Below, in pieces: positions 15,647 through 24,784 of a stretch of DNA of 38,316 nt. The stretch is from NCBI GenBank assembly GCA_964446645.1, contig CAYUPD010000001.1, positions 1 to 38,316 of the forward strand, in the 5' to 3' direction. The position numbers and the translations under genes were made by a program. Within the stretch, counting starts at the first letter, position 1. Each line of letters starts with the position of its first letter. The notes beneath the pieces are model-generated. The model had not been told where the DNA came from, ran no database searches, and worked only from the letters and a program-made list of their open reading frames with translations. This stretch comes from an uncultured Rhodospirillaceae bacterium. GTDB taxonomy: Bacteria > Pseudomonadota > Alphaproteobacteria > UBA9219.

Positions 15647-18337
15647 TTATTGTAAAAGAGCCTTGATTTTATAAAGCGTCTCGAGCGCCTGTTTTGGATT
15701 CAGCGCGTCCGGATCGAGCGACGACAAAAGAGCGTCGAGTTCCGGTTTGAGCGTTTTCTGTTTTTTTGGCGCGGCGGCCTTGGGATCGAACGCGGACATT
15801 TTTTTCGTCAGGGCGACAGCTGCCTTTCCCGCGTTGTTTTTGTCTTTCTCCAGCTCTTCCAAAACTTGCGCGGCGCGAGCGATGGCCGACAGCGGCAAGC
15901 CCGCCATTTGCGCGACATGAATGCCGTATGAGCGGTCGGCCATTCCCTGTATCACCTCGTGCAGAAAAATAATTTTGTTTTCCCATTCCTTGATGCGCAT
16001 CGTGGCGCAGAAAAGCGACGGCAGTTTATCGTCGAGCGCCGTTAGTTCATGATAATGCGTGGCGAACAAAGCGCGGCAACGGTTAACTTCGTGCAGATGC
16101 TCCAAAACCGCCCACGCGATCGAAAGGCCGTCGTAAGTCGCCGTACCTCGGCCTATTTCGTCCAAAATAACGAGGGAGCGGGCGCCCGCTTGGTTCAGGA
16201 TTGCCGCCGTTTCGACCATCTCGACCATGAACGTCGAACGTCCTGCCGCAAGGTCGTCGGCCGCGCCGACGCGGCTAAACAAGCGGTCGATCACGCCGAT
16301 ATGGGCGGACGCCGCAGGCACAAACGACCCCATCTGCGCCATGAGGGCGATCAGGGCGTTTTGGCGCAAGAACGTCGATTTGCCCGCCATGTTCGGCCCC
16401 GTCAGGAGCCATAAACGCTTATCCGACGCCAAATCGCAGTCGTTCGAGATGAACGGAACGCCTCCGTCCGTTTTTTTCAACGCCTGCTCGACGACGGGAT
16501 GCCGCCCGCCTTTGATTTCAAAGGCAAGCGTATCGTCGATGAGAGGCCGCGCATAATTTTGTTCGGAAGCAAGCTCGGCCAAAGCCGAAGCGACGTCGGT
16601 CGCAGCCAAAGCCGCCGCCGTATGCCGTAAATCCGTCAAAGCGGCGACGATATCCTGCACGAGAGCTTCGAAAAGCTGCATTTCGACGGCCAGAGCTTTG
16701 TCGGCGGCCTCGGTGATTTTGCGCTCCAATTCCGAAAGCTCGACGGTCGTAAAGCGCGCGGCAGTCGCCAACGTTTGGCGATGAATAAACGTGTCTTTAT
16801 CGGCCAAAAGCTTGTCGGCTTGAGAGGGAGAAACCTCGATATGATAGCCGATGATCTGGTTGTGCTTGATCTTAAGCGTCGAAACGCCCGCCTTGGCCTT
16901 GTATTTCTCCTGCAAGCCCGCAATAACGCGGCGGCCGTCATCGCGAAGGGTCACAAGCTCGTCAAGCTCCGGCGCGAAGCCTCGCGCGATAAAATTTCCG
17001 TCGCGCGCCAGCATCGGCAGATCGGCGGCTAACGCCCTGTCCAGTTTATCGATCAGGAAACTATGCTCACCGAGGCTCTTCGTTCCCTTGCGCACGCCTT
17101 CGGGCATCTCTTGCGCGGCTAACAAGGCGCTTTTGATCTCTTCGGCCTGACGCAAAGCATCGCGCACGGACGCCAGATCGCGAGGGCCTCCCCGGCCCAA
17201 CGCCAGCCGGGCCAGCGCGCGCTCGAGATCGGGCGTGCGGCGCAGCGATGCGCGAATTTTCTCGCGCAACGGCGCGTTCTTCAGAAAAAACTCGACGGCG
17301 TTCAGGCGCAGGGCGATGGAAGCAACGTCCGTCAGAGGAGCCATGAGCCGCGACGCCAAAAGCCTTGCGCCAGCGCCCGTTTCTGTCCTGTCGATAGCGT
17401 CGAGCAAACTACCGCCGCGCTCGCCCGAAAGAGTTCGGACAAGCTCGAGGTTCCGGCGCGTAGCGGCGTCGATGGCGACCTGCGAAGCGCCGGTTCGTTG
17501 AGGGCGCGAGAAGTGCTTAAGGTCCGTTTTTTGCGTCAGTTCGGCGTAATCGAGAAGCGCTCCGAGCGCCGATATCTCCGCGCGCGAAAAATCGCCGAAC
17601 GCGCCGATATCGGAAACGTTATAGACGCTCATAACGCGTTTTTTGGCGTTAGCGCTGTCGAATCGCCCGTCAGGCAAAGGCGCGAGCTGGGCGCGCCACG
17701 GCGCGAGGGTTTCGAAAAACTCCGGATTTTCGACGATGCGCTGCGCGATCAGGATTTCGCTGGGGTCGAGGCGCGACAGAACGCCCGACAAGTCGGATGC
17801 CGAGACTTCCTGAGCGAAGATTTGCCCCGCCACGATATCGCACCAAGCCACGGCCATCGCGTCGCCGACGGTTGTGAGGCACGCCAGATAATTGGCGGCG
17901 CGGGCGGGCAAAAGGCTGTCTTCGGTCAGCGTGCCCGGCGTGATGATGCGGATGACGTCGCGCGTGACGATGGCTTTGCTGCCGCGTTTTTTGGCCTCGT
18001 CGGGAGATTCTTTTTGTTCGCAGATGGCCACGCGGAATCCGGCTCGAATCAACTTGGCCACATAGCCTTCGTAAGAATGCGCGGGCACGCCGCACATCGG
18101 GACATCTTCGCCCTGATACTGGCCCCGGCGCGTGAGCGCGATATCGAGAGCCTTCGAGGCCTTGCGCGCGTCGTCGAAAAACATTTCGTAGAAGTCGCCG
18201 AGGCGGAAGAACAAAAGGCAGTCTTCGTGTTGTTTCTTGATCGCAAAATACTGGGACAATAAAGGAGTCGCCGTCTCAGCCGCCGGAGGGGCTGGAAAAA
18301 AGGATGGTTGAACGACGGACATAAATTTTAGTTTCAT
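15647..18337 (-). CDS. mutS: DNA mismatch repair protein MutS
   Basis: N-terminal mismatch domain TPLLSQYFAIKKQHEDCLLFFRLGDFYEMFFDDA. Walker A LLTGPNMAGKSTFLRQ. Also DEIGRGTATYDGLSIAWAV and FATHYHELT. The start is ambiguous between ATG 18337 and ATG 18322. Confidence 0.95.
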   Translation of the reverse strand: MKLKFMSVVQPSFFPAPPAAETATPLLSQYFAIKKQHEDCLLFFRLGDFYEMFFDDARKASKALDIALTRRGQYQGEDVPMCGVPAHSYEGYVAKLIRAGFRVAICEQKESPDEAKKRGSKAIVTRDVIRIITPGTLTEDSLLPARAANYLACLTTVGDAMAVAWCDIVAGQIFAQEVSASDLSGVLSRLDPSEILIAQRIVENPEFFETLAPWRAQLAPLPDGRFDSANAKKRVMSVYNVSDIGAFGDFSRAEISALGALLDYAELTQKTDLKHFSRPQRTGASQVAIDAATRRNLELVRTLSGERGGSLLDAIDRTETGAGARLLASRLMAPLTDVASIALRLNAVEFFLKNAPLREKIRASLRRTPDLERALARLALGRGGPRDLASVRDALRQAEEIKSALLAAQEMPEGVRKGTKSLGEHSFLIDKLDRALAADLPMLARDGNFIARGFAPELDELVTLRDDGRRVIAGLQEKYKAKAGVSTLKIKHNQIIGYHIEVSPSQADKLLADKDTFIHRQTLATAARFTTVELSELERKITEAADKALAVEMQLFEALVQDIVAALTDLRHTAAALAATDVASALAELASEQNYARPLIDDTLAFEIKGGRHPVVEQALKKTDGGVPFISNDCDLASDKRLWLLTGPNMAGKSTFLRQNALIALMAQMGSFVPAASAHIGVIDRLFSRVGAADDLAAGRSTFMVEMVETAAILNQAGARSLVILDEIGRGTATYDGLSIAWAVLEHLHEVNRCRALFATHYHELTALDDKLPSLFCATMRIKEWENKIIFLHEVIQGMADRSYGIHVAQMAGLPLSAIARAAQVLEELEKDKNNAGKAAVALTKKMSAFDPKAAAPKKQKTLKPELDALLSSLDPDALNPKQALETLYKIKALLQ

Positions 18338-18504
18338 CAAAACGTTTGGGAAGCGGCTACCATGCCAAAAACGGCCCCCCGCTTCAATATCGCTTTATTC
18401 CGAAGCGGTTAAAGCGTTAACCAACGTAAAGCATAACAAACATGGCATCTTGTGACATTTGGCCGGAAATTTGATATACTTAACTTGTATTGAAGAGCGT
18501 TTTT

Positions 18505-18930
18505 ATGGAATTTAGAAATTACATTTTAGGGTCGAGGCACTCGCGTTGGGGCGGCGTGCGCCGGTTGCGGCAAGAGAATGCCGTTATCGATCTGGGCCTG
18601 TTGAAAACGGAGGCCGCAAAATCGCCCGTTCTTTCCGGAGCGTCTTTCGATCCGATGCACAAGCTCGGAGAGATACATCCGACGCGCCATTGGCTCAGAC
18701 GCCAGAGCGGCCCCGACACAGCGCCGAACGGCGCAGACTTACGTCCCGACTCGGCGCATAAACCAAAAGCCAAAGCAGGCCCCAAGGCCGCCGGATCGGC
18801 TCCCGCGCCGAGCGGCGGAACGAAGCGGTCGCGCCGCTGCGATTGCGGCCCCTATGCGTCCGTGCCGCGCAGAGACCTCTATTTAGGTGCGCTCAGAAGG
18901 CCCGAAAACCCCGCGCCTGCCCCCTTCTAA
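18505..18930 (+). CDS. Doubtful hypothetical protein (Arg/Pro/Gly-rich, likely disordered)
   Basis: This is the only sizeable ORF in the 630-nt mutS-acpS gap. Third-position G+C looks similar to real genes. The composition is low-complexity and I see no SD and no family motif. Confidence 0.25.
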   Translation: MEFRNYILGSRHSRWGGVRRLRQENAVIDLGLLKTEAAKSPVLSGASFDPMHKLGEIHPTRHWLRRQSGPDTAPNGADLRPDSAHKPKAKAGPKAAGSAPAPSGGTKRSRRCDCGPYASVPRRDLYLGALRRPENPAPAPF

Positions 18931-18972
18931 AGCCCTTCGCGGCAGGCTTTTGGGCTGCTATAACCTTTTTCC

Positions 18973-19374
18973 ATGATTATCGGCATCGGAAACGACCTGA
19001 CGAACATCGACCGCATCGCGGCAACGCTTGAGCGACACGGCGAGCGTTTTGTGCGCCGCGTTTTCACGGCCCAAGAAAAAGCCAAGGCCGAAAAACGAGC
19101 AAACAAGGCAGCTACTTACGCCAAGCGTTTTGCGGCCAAGGAAGCATGCGCTAAGGCTTTGGGAACGGGCTTTAAGCGCAGCGTCTATTTTCGAGACATG
19201 GGCGTGGTCAACCTGCCGTCGGGCAAGCCGACGATGGAGCTGACCGGCGGGGCGCTAAAAAGGCTGCAAGAGATAACACCCGAAGGGACGAAAGCCGTCA
19301 TCCACCTAAGCCTCACCGACGACAAGCCTTGGGCACAAGCCTTCGTGGTAATCGAGGCCTTGCCTGAAGCATAA
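18973..19374 (+). CDS. acpS: Holo-[acyl-carrier-protein] synthase
   Basis: [15 protein letters not shown]...[10 protein letters not shown]...[14 protein letters not shown] is the canonical AcpS 4'-phosphopantetheinyl transferase sequence. Confidence 0.9.
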   Translation: MIIGIGNDLTNIDRIAATLERHGERFVRRVFTAQEKAKAEKRANKAATYAKRFAAKEACAKALGTGFKRSVYFRDMGVVNLPSGKPTMELTGGALKRLQEITPEGTKAVIHLSLTDDKPWAQAFVVIEALPEA

Positions 19375-19415
19375 CTTATTGATATTTCTATCTCCCTGTT
19401 TTGGAGCAAACAAAT

Positions 19416-20600
19416 ATGGCCTTAAAGAATATATCAGGGTTTATCTCCACCCCGGACGATTTGTCGCAGTTAAAACTGATCGACGCCCAAGCGGTGCGGG
19501 ATCTTGCAAAAGAAGTCAATTCTTTAAAGAAAAACGACCTTAAGGGCCGCAAGCTTGTCATCCTCTTGGCCACCGGCGGCACGGTCGCGATGGCCACAAA
19601 GAAGGGCATTCGCCGTCCCGCGCTGCAATGGAAAGATTTGTGCCAGATAGCCGGAACGCGCGTTCAACAGGATTTTGAGATAAGGGGAATTAACGCCTTT
19701 TGCATCGACAGTTCGCAAATGAACTATGCTCATACGCGCGAACTTGCCATTTCCATGTGTTATCTATGGAAAAACATCAAGGTTCCGTTCATCGGCTTTC
19801 TAATTACGCACGGCACGGACACCATGTCCTATTCCGCTGCCGCGATGTCTCTCATGACAGGCCAAGGCCTCCCTTTTTCTATCGTCTACACAGGGTCTCA
19901 ACGGCCGCCGGACGATCCGATGAGCGACGCCCAAACCAACTTGCGCAACGCGCTTTATACTCTTGAGGCGCTGCACAGCAAAGATATGGCCGAAGTGCTT
20001 ATCGTTATGGGCGAACGCGCCATGCTCGCAACATCTTCCGAAAAAATTGATGACAAGGCCGCAAACGCTTTCGCCGCCCCAAGGCACTGTTACGTTACAA
20101 AATTCAACCATATGGAATATCCGGTAAAACTGGCTTCATGGCTTCGGCCGCGTCGACGGCAGCCTTTTGTCCCGACAATCTGGAAAGGAGATTGGTCCCG
20201 CACTTTAGTGATCAACTCAACTCTCGGACTCAATCCGGAAATGGTGGAACAACAAATCAATACGCCTCTTATCAAAGCCGTTATTGTTTATTCATATGGG
20301 GCTGGAACGGTTGACGAGAAAGTTTTGGCCATCGTCGCTAAAACCGCCCAAAAGCGAAGGCTCCCCGTTTTTATTGTCAGCCCCGTACATGCCGATTTTC
20401 ACGCTGTATACGAATCTAGCGATAAAGCCCTAAAAACAGGCATCGTACCGATAAACCTCACATTATCCGCCGCTCTGGCAAAAATTGAGATTGCCCTACA
20501 GCTATATCCCGACAATCTGAAGGCATTATCTAAATTTGTGGCAACAAATTACGTCGGCGAAGTTCCGACTGAGGCTTCCGGATTTAACGCAGGCATATAA
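19416..20600 (+). CDS. L-asparaginase family protein (type I / GatD-like) with an N-terminal extension of about 50 aa
   Basis: Catalytic motifs LVILLATGGTVAM (TGGT) and ITHGTDTMSYSAAAMS (HGTDT), plus C-terminal YGAGTV. ATG at 19416 with GGAG 9 nt upstream. The gene looks A/T-richer than its neighbours by eye. Confidence 0.85.
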   Translation: MALKNISGFISTPDDLSQLKLIDAQAVRDLAKEVNSLKKNDLKGRKLVILLATGGTVAMATKKGIRRPALQWKDLCQIAGTRVQQDFEIRGINAFCIDSSQMNYAHTRELAISMCYLWKNIKVPFIGFLITHGTDTMSYSAAAMSLMTGQGLPFSIVYTGSQRPPDDPMSDAQTNLRNALYTLEALHSKDMAEVLIVMGERAMLATSSEKIDDKAANAFAAPRHCYVTKFNHMEYPVKLASWLRPRRRQPFVPTIWKGDWSRTLVINSTLGLNPEMVEQQINTPLIKAVIVYSYGAGTVDEKVLAIVAKTAQKRRLPVFIVSPVHADFHAVYESSDKALKTGIVPINLTLSAALAKIEIALQLYPDNLKALSKFVATNYVGEVPTEASGFNAGI

Positions 20601-21149
20601 TTATTTGAGAGGCGGAAACTCCTCGCCGCGCGCGATGGCCTCGCCGATGGGCGCGAATTCTTTGACGACGCCTTCGTAAACGGGGCGTTTGAAGGGCACG
20701 ATGAGCAAAGGCGTTTCTTGCAAAGTCGCCCACCGCCACGCAATAAATTCGGGCTTTTCCGGCTCGTTTTTTCCGGACAGATCGATCTCGCCGTCCGAGC
20801 CTAAAAACCGAAGCGCGAACCATTGCTGCTCTTGCCCCCGGTACTTGCCGCGAAAAACCGCGCCGTCATGGCCGACGCGGCGGTTTTGCAGCCAATCCGG
20901 AAACTCATAGCGCAGCAGATCGGCTGCTTTGGCGATGATGCGCGCGTTGTCGGTGCCGATTTCTTCTTTCATTTCGCGCAAGACGGCTTTCAGGGGGTCT
21001 TCGTCTTTTTGGATGCCTCCTTGCGGCATCTGCCACGCGCCGCGTTTGTCGCGGCGCTCGGCAATCAGCACAAGGCCTTGCGCGTTAAAAAGGCAAATGC
21101 CGACGCTCCGGCGATAGGGAAGTTTGTGCACATCGACGGGGAATGTCAT
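20601..21149 (-). CDS. rppH: RNA pyrophosphohydrolase (NUDIX)
   Basis: YRRSVGICLFNAQGLVLIAERRD...WQMPQGGIQKDEDPLKAVLREMKEEIGT is a Nudix box in RppH/NudH context. The gene directly abuts the upstream deacetylase-like gene. Confidence 0.9.
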   Translation of the reverse strand: MTFPVDVHKLPYRRSVGICLFNAQGLVLIAERRDKRGAWQMPQGGIQKDEDPLKAVLREMKEEIGTDNARIIAKAADLLRYEFPDWLQNRRVGHDGAVFRGKYRGQEQQWFALRFLGSDGEIDLSGKNEPEKPEFIAWRWATLQETPLLIVPFKRPVYEGVVKEFAPIGEAIARGEEFPPLK

Positions 21150-22226
21150 TTACTGGACCATTGCGCTTAAAGGCGCCAAGGCAATGCCGTGTTCCGGCAG
21201 CGTTTTGGCCCACGCCTGAAGTTGGTTGATCATAACCGGCGTCGCCGCCGTAATTCCGACAGCGCGGCCTGTTTGCCGGGCCGTCATTTCGAGGTTTTCG
21301 AGCGCCTCGGTGATGGCCTGAGGATCGAGGTTGATGTCGAGTCGCTGCGTGGACGTCGCGACGGGAACGCCCGCGTGGCGCGCCATGTCGGTGACGACGC
21401 CGTGGGGCACGACGCGCGAATCCAAAACCATGAGGCCGCGCTTGCGGAGTTCCTGCAGGATAAGGCCGAACCGCGTCGGATCGGAGGTAAAGCGCGAGCC
21501 GTAGGTTGTCGTAACGCCGACATAGCCCGTAGCCTGACGCATGGATTTGAGAAGGCGAGCTATATTTTCGCTGCTCGATAGATTAGTCAAAAGAGTGTCG
21601 GGGCCGGGATCGCTGCGAGGATAGTCGAACGGCTCGATGGGAACCTGGATTAGAATTTCATGTCCGTCCTGCCGGGCGCGGGTACCCCACGCGCCGACGG
21701 CCGCTCCTTGCGAGTTAAACGATAGAGTCACGGTCGGCGGCGTTTGAGCGATGGCCTGATCGGTGATGGCGCGCGACAGGCCGAGGTCGGTAATGACGAT
21801 GGAAACGCGGGGGCGGCGATCGGCCATGTTGAAGGGGCGGGCATAAACCTGCCACGGGCGCGCGCCGTCTTCGGCGATGCGCGGCAAAGCGCCCTCGGCC
21901 GTATCCTCGGTCACGCGGCTTTCCGGAGCCGGGATCAGTTTGATTGTGCGGTCGTTTTGATCGTTGAGAGCGGGAGCATTAACGTCCGTCTCAACCTTTT
22001 TGTATCCGCCCGAAACTTTCTCGCCTTCGATCTGGCTCAAGGAAGGCATGGGAGTCGCGACTTTAGCCTCATTGCGGAGACTGTGGCCGCGAATAAAAGC
22101 CGGAGGCAGAACGAGAACGGCAAAGATCGCCGCGGTTACGAACAATTTAAGATTGCGCGGATAGCGCGCGAGGAACGTCTCGCGGCGCGGCGGCAGTACA
22201 AAAGCGGGCGAAGCGGAGTCGGACAT
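21150..22226 (-). CDS. Divergent polysaccharide deacetylase family protein (YibQ-like)
   Basis: N-terminal TM segment, then RVSIVITDLGLSRAITDQAI...TLSFNSQG...GHEILIQVPIEPFDYPRSDPGPDTLL, typical of the YibQ/DUF610 family. The start is ambiguous between ATG 22226 and TTG 22238. Confidence 0.85.
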   Translation of the reverse strand: MSDSASPAFVLPPRRETFLARYPRNLKLFVTAAIFAVLVLPPAFIRGHSLRNEAKVATPMPSLSQIEGEKVSGGYKKVETDVNAPALNDQNDRTIKLIPAPESRVTEDTAEGALPRIAEDGARPWQVYARPFNMADRRPRVSIVITDLGLSRAITDQAIAQTPPTVTLSFNSQGAAVGAWGTRARQDGHEILIQVPIEPFDYPRSDPGPDTLLTNLSSSENIARLLKSMRQATGYVGVTTTYGSRFTSDPTRFGLILQELRKRGLMVLDSRVVPHGVVTDMARHAGVPVATSTQRLDINLDPQAITEALENLEMTARQTGRAVGITAATPVMINQLQAWAKTLPEHGIALAPLSAMVQ

Positions 22227-22292
22227 GAGAAACAGCAAATCCTGAGGAGAATCGGGATTTTAGGACATTTCTTGGAGATGAGAAACTAATTT

Positions 22293-22319
22293 TAAAAAGA
22301 TCCCCGCCTTCGCGGGGAT
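22293..22319 (-). terminator. Rho-independent terminator after the UPF0210 gene
   Basis: Stem atccccgc / gcggggat (22300-22319) with a cttc loop. On the minus strand it is followed by CTTTTTAAAA. Confidence 0.7.
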
Positions 22320-22374
22320 ACGGTTTTCCTAAACTCGCCCGCGCCCTACCGGGCTTGGCTCGTTAAGGAAAACT

Positions 22375-23733
22375 CTAATTCGTCAAGCTTCTCAACGGCG
22401 CGGGAATACGACCGCCGCGGGCAATAAAATCGGCGGATTTGAAGCCATTGACGGCCATGATCGGGCAATGGCCCAAAAGGCCGCCGAATTCGACGGTGTC
22501 GCCGACTTTTTTGCCCGGAACGGGAACAAGCCTTACGGCGGTCGTCTTATTGTTGATCAAGCCAATAGCGGCTTCGTCGGCGATGATCGCCGCAATGGTA
22601 TCGGCGGACGTGTCGCCCGGAATCGCGATCATGTCGAGTCCGACCGAGCAAACGCAGGTCATGGCCTCGAGTTTTTCAAGCGTCAAGCTTCCGCGCTCAA
22701 CGGCAGCGATCATGCCCTCGTCTTCGCTGACGGGAATAAACGCGCCGCTTAGCCCGCCGACGTGCTGAGCGGCCATAAGGCCGCCTTTTTTAACAGCGTC
22801 GTTCAGAAGCGCGAGCGCGGCCGTCGTACCGGGAGCGCCGCAGCTTTCGATCCCCATTTCTTCCAAAATACGGGCAACGCTGTCGCCGACCTCTGGTGTC
22901 GGCGCGAGAGACAAGTCGATAATTCCCTTCGTGACGCCGAGGCGCTTGGACGCCTCTTGAGCAACGAGCTGGCCCACGCGCGTGATCTTAAACGCCGTCC
23001 GTTTAATGATTTCAGCAACGTTATCAAGGGGTTGCCCTTTCACGCCTTCGAGCGCCTGCTTGACGACTCCGGGGCCGCTAACGCCGACGTTGATCGTGCA
23101 ATCGCCCTCGCCGACGCCATGAAAAGCGCCCGCCATAAAGGGATTGTCCGAAACGGCGTTCATAAAGACGACGAGCTTGGCGCACCCGATAGCGTCGCGC
23201 GAAGCGGTAAGCTCGGCGGTTTTTTTGACGACGCCGCCCATCTTGCGCACGGCGTCCATGTTGATACCGGATTTGGTCGTGCCGATGTTGACGGAGGAGC
23301 AAACGCGCTCGGTTTTTGCCAGAGCCTCGGGGATAGAGACGATCAGTCGCGCATCGCCTTCCGTTTCGTGCTTATCGACGAGCGCCGAAAAGCCGCCGAT
23401 AAAATTGACGCCGAGCGTTTTGGCGGCCCGGTCCAAAGCCTCGGCGACGGGAACGTAACTGTCGGCCTTGCAGCTTTCGGCGACGATAGAGATAGGCGTG
23501 ACCGAGATACGCTTATTGATGATGGGAACGCCGAATTCGGCCTCGATATCCTCGCCGACGGCCACGAGGTTTTTAGCGGACGAACAGATTTTATCGTAGA
23601 CGTTTTGGCAAAAAATCTTGATGTCGGAGTCGCCGCAGCCGCGCAAGGAGATGCCCATGGTGATGGTGCGGACGTCGAGCTTGTTTCGCTCGATCATGCG
23701 GTTGGTTTCGATGATATCGTCGAGCCGGAGCAT
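22375..23733 (-). CDS. UPF0210 / PFL-like family protein (DUF711), 452 aa
   Basis: [33 protein letters not shown]..., the length, and pairing with an upstream small ACT protein are characteristic of the UPF0210 family. Confidence 0.88.
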   Translation of the reverse strand: MLRLDDIIETNRMIERNKLDVRTITMGISLRGCGDSDIKIFCQNVYDKICSSAKNLVAVGEDIEAEFGVPIINKRISVTPISIVAESCKADSYVPVAEALDRAAKTLGVNFIGGFSALVDKHETEGDARLIVSIPEALAKTERVCSSVNIGTTKSGINMDAVRKMGGVVKKTAELTASRDAIGCAKLVVFMNAVSDNPFMAGAFHGVGEGDCTINVGVSGPGVVKQALEGVKGQPLDNVAEIIKRTAFKITRVGQLVAQEASKRLGVTKGIIDLSLAPTPEVGDSVARILEEMGIESCGAPGTTAALALLNDAVKKGGLMAAQHVGGLSGAFIPVSEDEGMIAAVERGSLTLEKLEAMTCVCSVGLDMIAIPGDTSADTIAAIIADEAAIGLINNKTTAVRLVPVPGKKVGDTVEFGGLLGHCPIMAVNGFKSADFIARGGRIPAPLRSLTN

Positions 23734-23739
23734 AGGAGA

Positions 23740-24009
23740 TTAAATTCTGTGCATGATGTTGAAGATATCTTCGCTCTGGGCTTTGATTTCGAGGCCTATG
23801 TCTTCGCCGACTTTATCGAGCTTTTTCTGAAGGTCTTTGAGCGAAATCGTCGCCTTGCCCATATCGGCGATCATGACCATGTTGAAAAAGCCGTGCATGA
23901 TGTTCTGGTTGATGTCGAGAACGTTGACGTTGACCTCCGCCATGGCCGTCGCAACTTTGGCGACGATGCCGACGCGGTCTTGGCCGATGATGGTGACGAC
24001 GATTTTCAT
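23740..24009 (-). CDS. ACT domain-containing protein (UPF0237 family), 89 aa
   Basis: MKIVVTIIGQDRVGIVAKVATAMAEVNVNVLDINQNIMHGFFNMVMIADM is an ACT fold. ATG at 24009 with GAGGAA upstream. It lies 6 nt upstream of the UPF0210 gene. Confidence 0.88.
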   Translation of the reverse strand: MKIVVTIIGQDRVGIVAKVATAMAEVNVNVLDINQNIMHGFFNMVMIADMGKATISLKDLQKKLDKVGEDIGLEIKAQSEDIFNIMHRI

Positions 24010-24074
24010 ATCCGTTCCTCTGCGCGCGGAAAGAAAGCGCGCTATCTTGTAACACAATTTTTGGATTTCGCCTA

Positions 24075-24680
24075 TTAAGCCGACGTATCGACGCCAGCTG
24101 CCGTCGGCCCGCCTTTGGCAACGGCCACAAGAGCCTCGCGCAACAAACGGTCGTGGATCATATATCCGGCCTGCAAAACCTGCATGACCGTCCCGGCGGG
24201 CTGATCGGGAGCATCGACTTCCATCATCACGCGATGGAAGTGCGGATCGAAAATCTGGCCCATGGGCTCGATTTTCTTGATTCCGAAGCGCTCCAGAGTC
24301 GCCAAGAGTTGCCGCTCGGTCGCATCGACGCCCGCGATAAGGTTTTTGACCACGGGATCGTCAACCTCGGCGGGCGCGGCGTCGAGCGCACGGCGGAAAT
24401 TATCCGAAATCGCCAGCATTTCCTTGGCAAAGCCCGAGACGGCGTATTTGGACGTTTCTTCGCGGTCTTTTTGGGCGCGGCGGCGTGTGTTTTCGGCCTC
24501 GGCCATCTCGCGCAAAGCGCGGTCTTTCATCTCGGCCAGCTGCTTTTCGAGTTCGGCTATGCGTTGCTCGGGGGAAGAGGCTTCAGGCGCCGCCGCTTGT
24601 TCCGGCGCGGCCTGATTTTCCGTTTGTTCAACGTTTTCATCGGGTTGGGATGGATTTTCCGTCATTTTGTGCTTCTTCAT
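24075..24680 (-). CDS. grpE: Nucleotide exchange factor GrpE
   Basis: Acidic N-terminus, a coiled coil (RIAELEKQLAEMKDRALREMAEAENTRRRAQKDRE) and a C-terminal beta domain (FDPHFHRVMMEV...VMQVLQAGYMIHDRLLREALVAV). The start is ATG 24680 or 24665. The ORF-track start at 24734 lies upstream of the predicted sigma-32 transcription start. Confidence 0.9.
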   Translation of the reverse strand: MKKHKMTENPSQPDENVEQTENQAAPEQAAAPEASSPEQRIAELEKQLAEMKDRALREMAEAENTRRRAQKDREETSKYAVSGFAKEMLAISDNFRRALDAAPAEVDDPVVKNLIAGVDATERQLLATLERFGIKKIEPMGQIFDPHFHRVMMEVDAPDQPAGTVMQVLQAGYMIHDRLLREALVAVAKGGPTAAGVDTSA

Positions 24681-24734
24681 TCCTTCTTGTAACCACGAAA
24701 AGCGCCATGACGCAAGATTGGGTTTTTTGGGCAA

Positions 24735-24764
24735 AAATCAAGAGGGATTCCAAAGCGCTCGACG
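24735..24764 (-). promoter_or_regulatory. Candidate RpoH (sigma-32) heat-shock promoter for grpE
   Basis: The minus strand reads CCCTCTTGAT-N14-CCCAATCT. This resembles the CTTGAA ... CCCCATNT sigma-32 consensus and is correctly placed upstream of grpE. Confidence 0.4.
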
Positions 24765-24784
24765 GGCATGGTAGGGTCGCTCCC

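Noticed and set aside
18341-18972. tmRNA, RNase P RNA, SRP RNA or a riboswitch in the mutS-acpS gap
   Set aside because: I looked for GGTTCGA-type T-loops, a GAGGAAAGTCCGG-type P4, SRP domain IV motifs, a B12 box and glycine motifs on both strands and found none. The region is kept only as an unresolved finding.
22762-24078. 438-aa plus-strand ORF antisense to the UPF0210 and ACT genes
   Set aside because: Its Arg/Asp/Gly/Ala-rich composition has no motifs. It is the mirror frame of a well-supported gene with high third-position G+C, which is a typical shadow ORF.
24485-24784. N-terminal extensions suggested by the ORF track for aroA (24485), mltG (25876), the secretin (34963), the msc channel (35722), rlmH (3258) and the ACT protein (24057)
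   Set aside because: The extensions are Arg-rich or overlap upstream genes or promoters. Internal ATGs give canonical N-termini (family-typical starts, signal peptides or a lipobox), and several of them (the secretin and the ACT gene) also have SD sequences.
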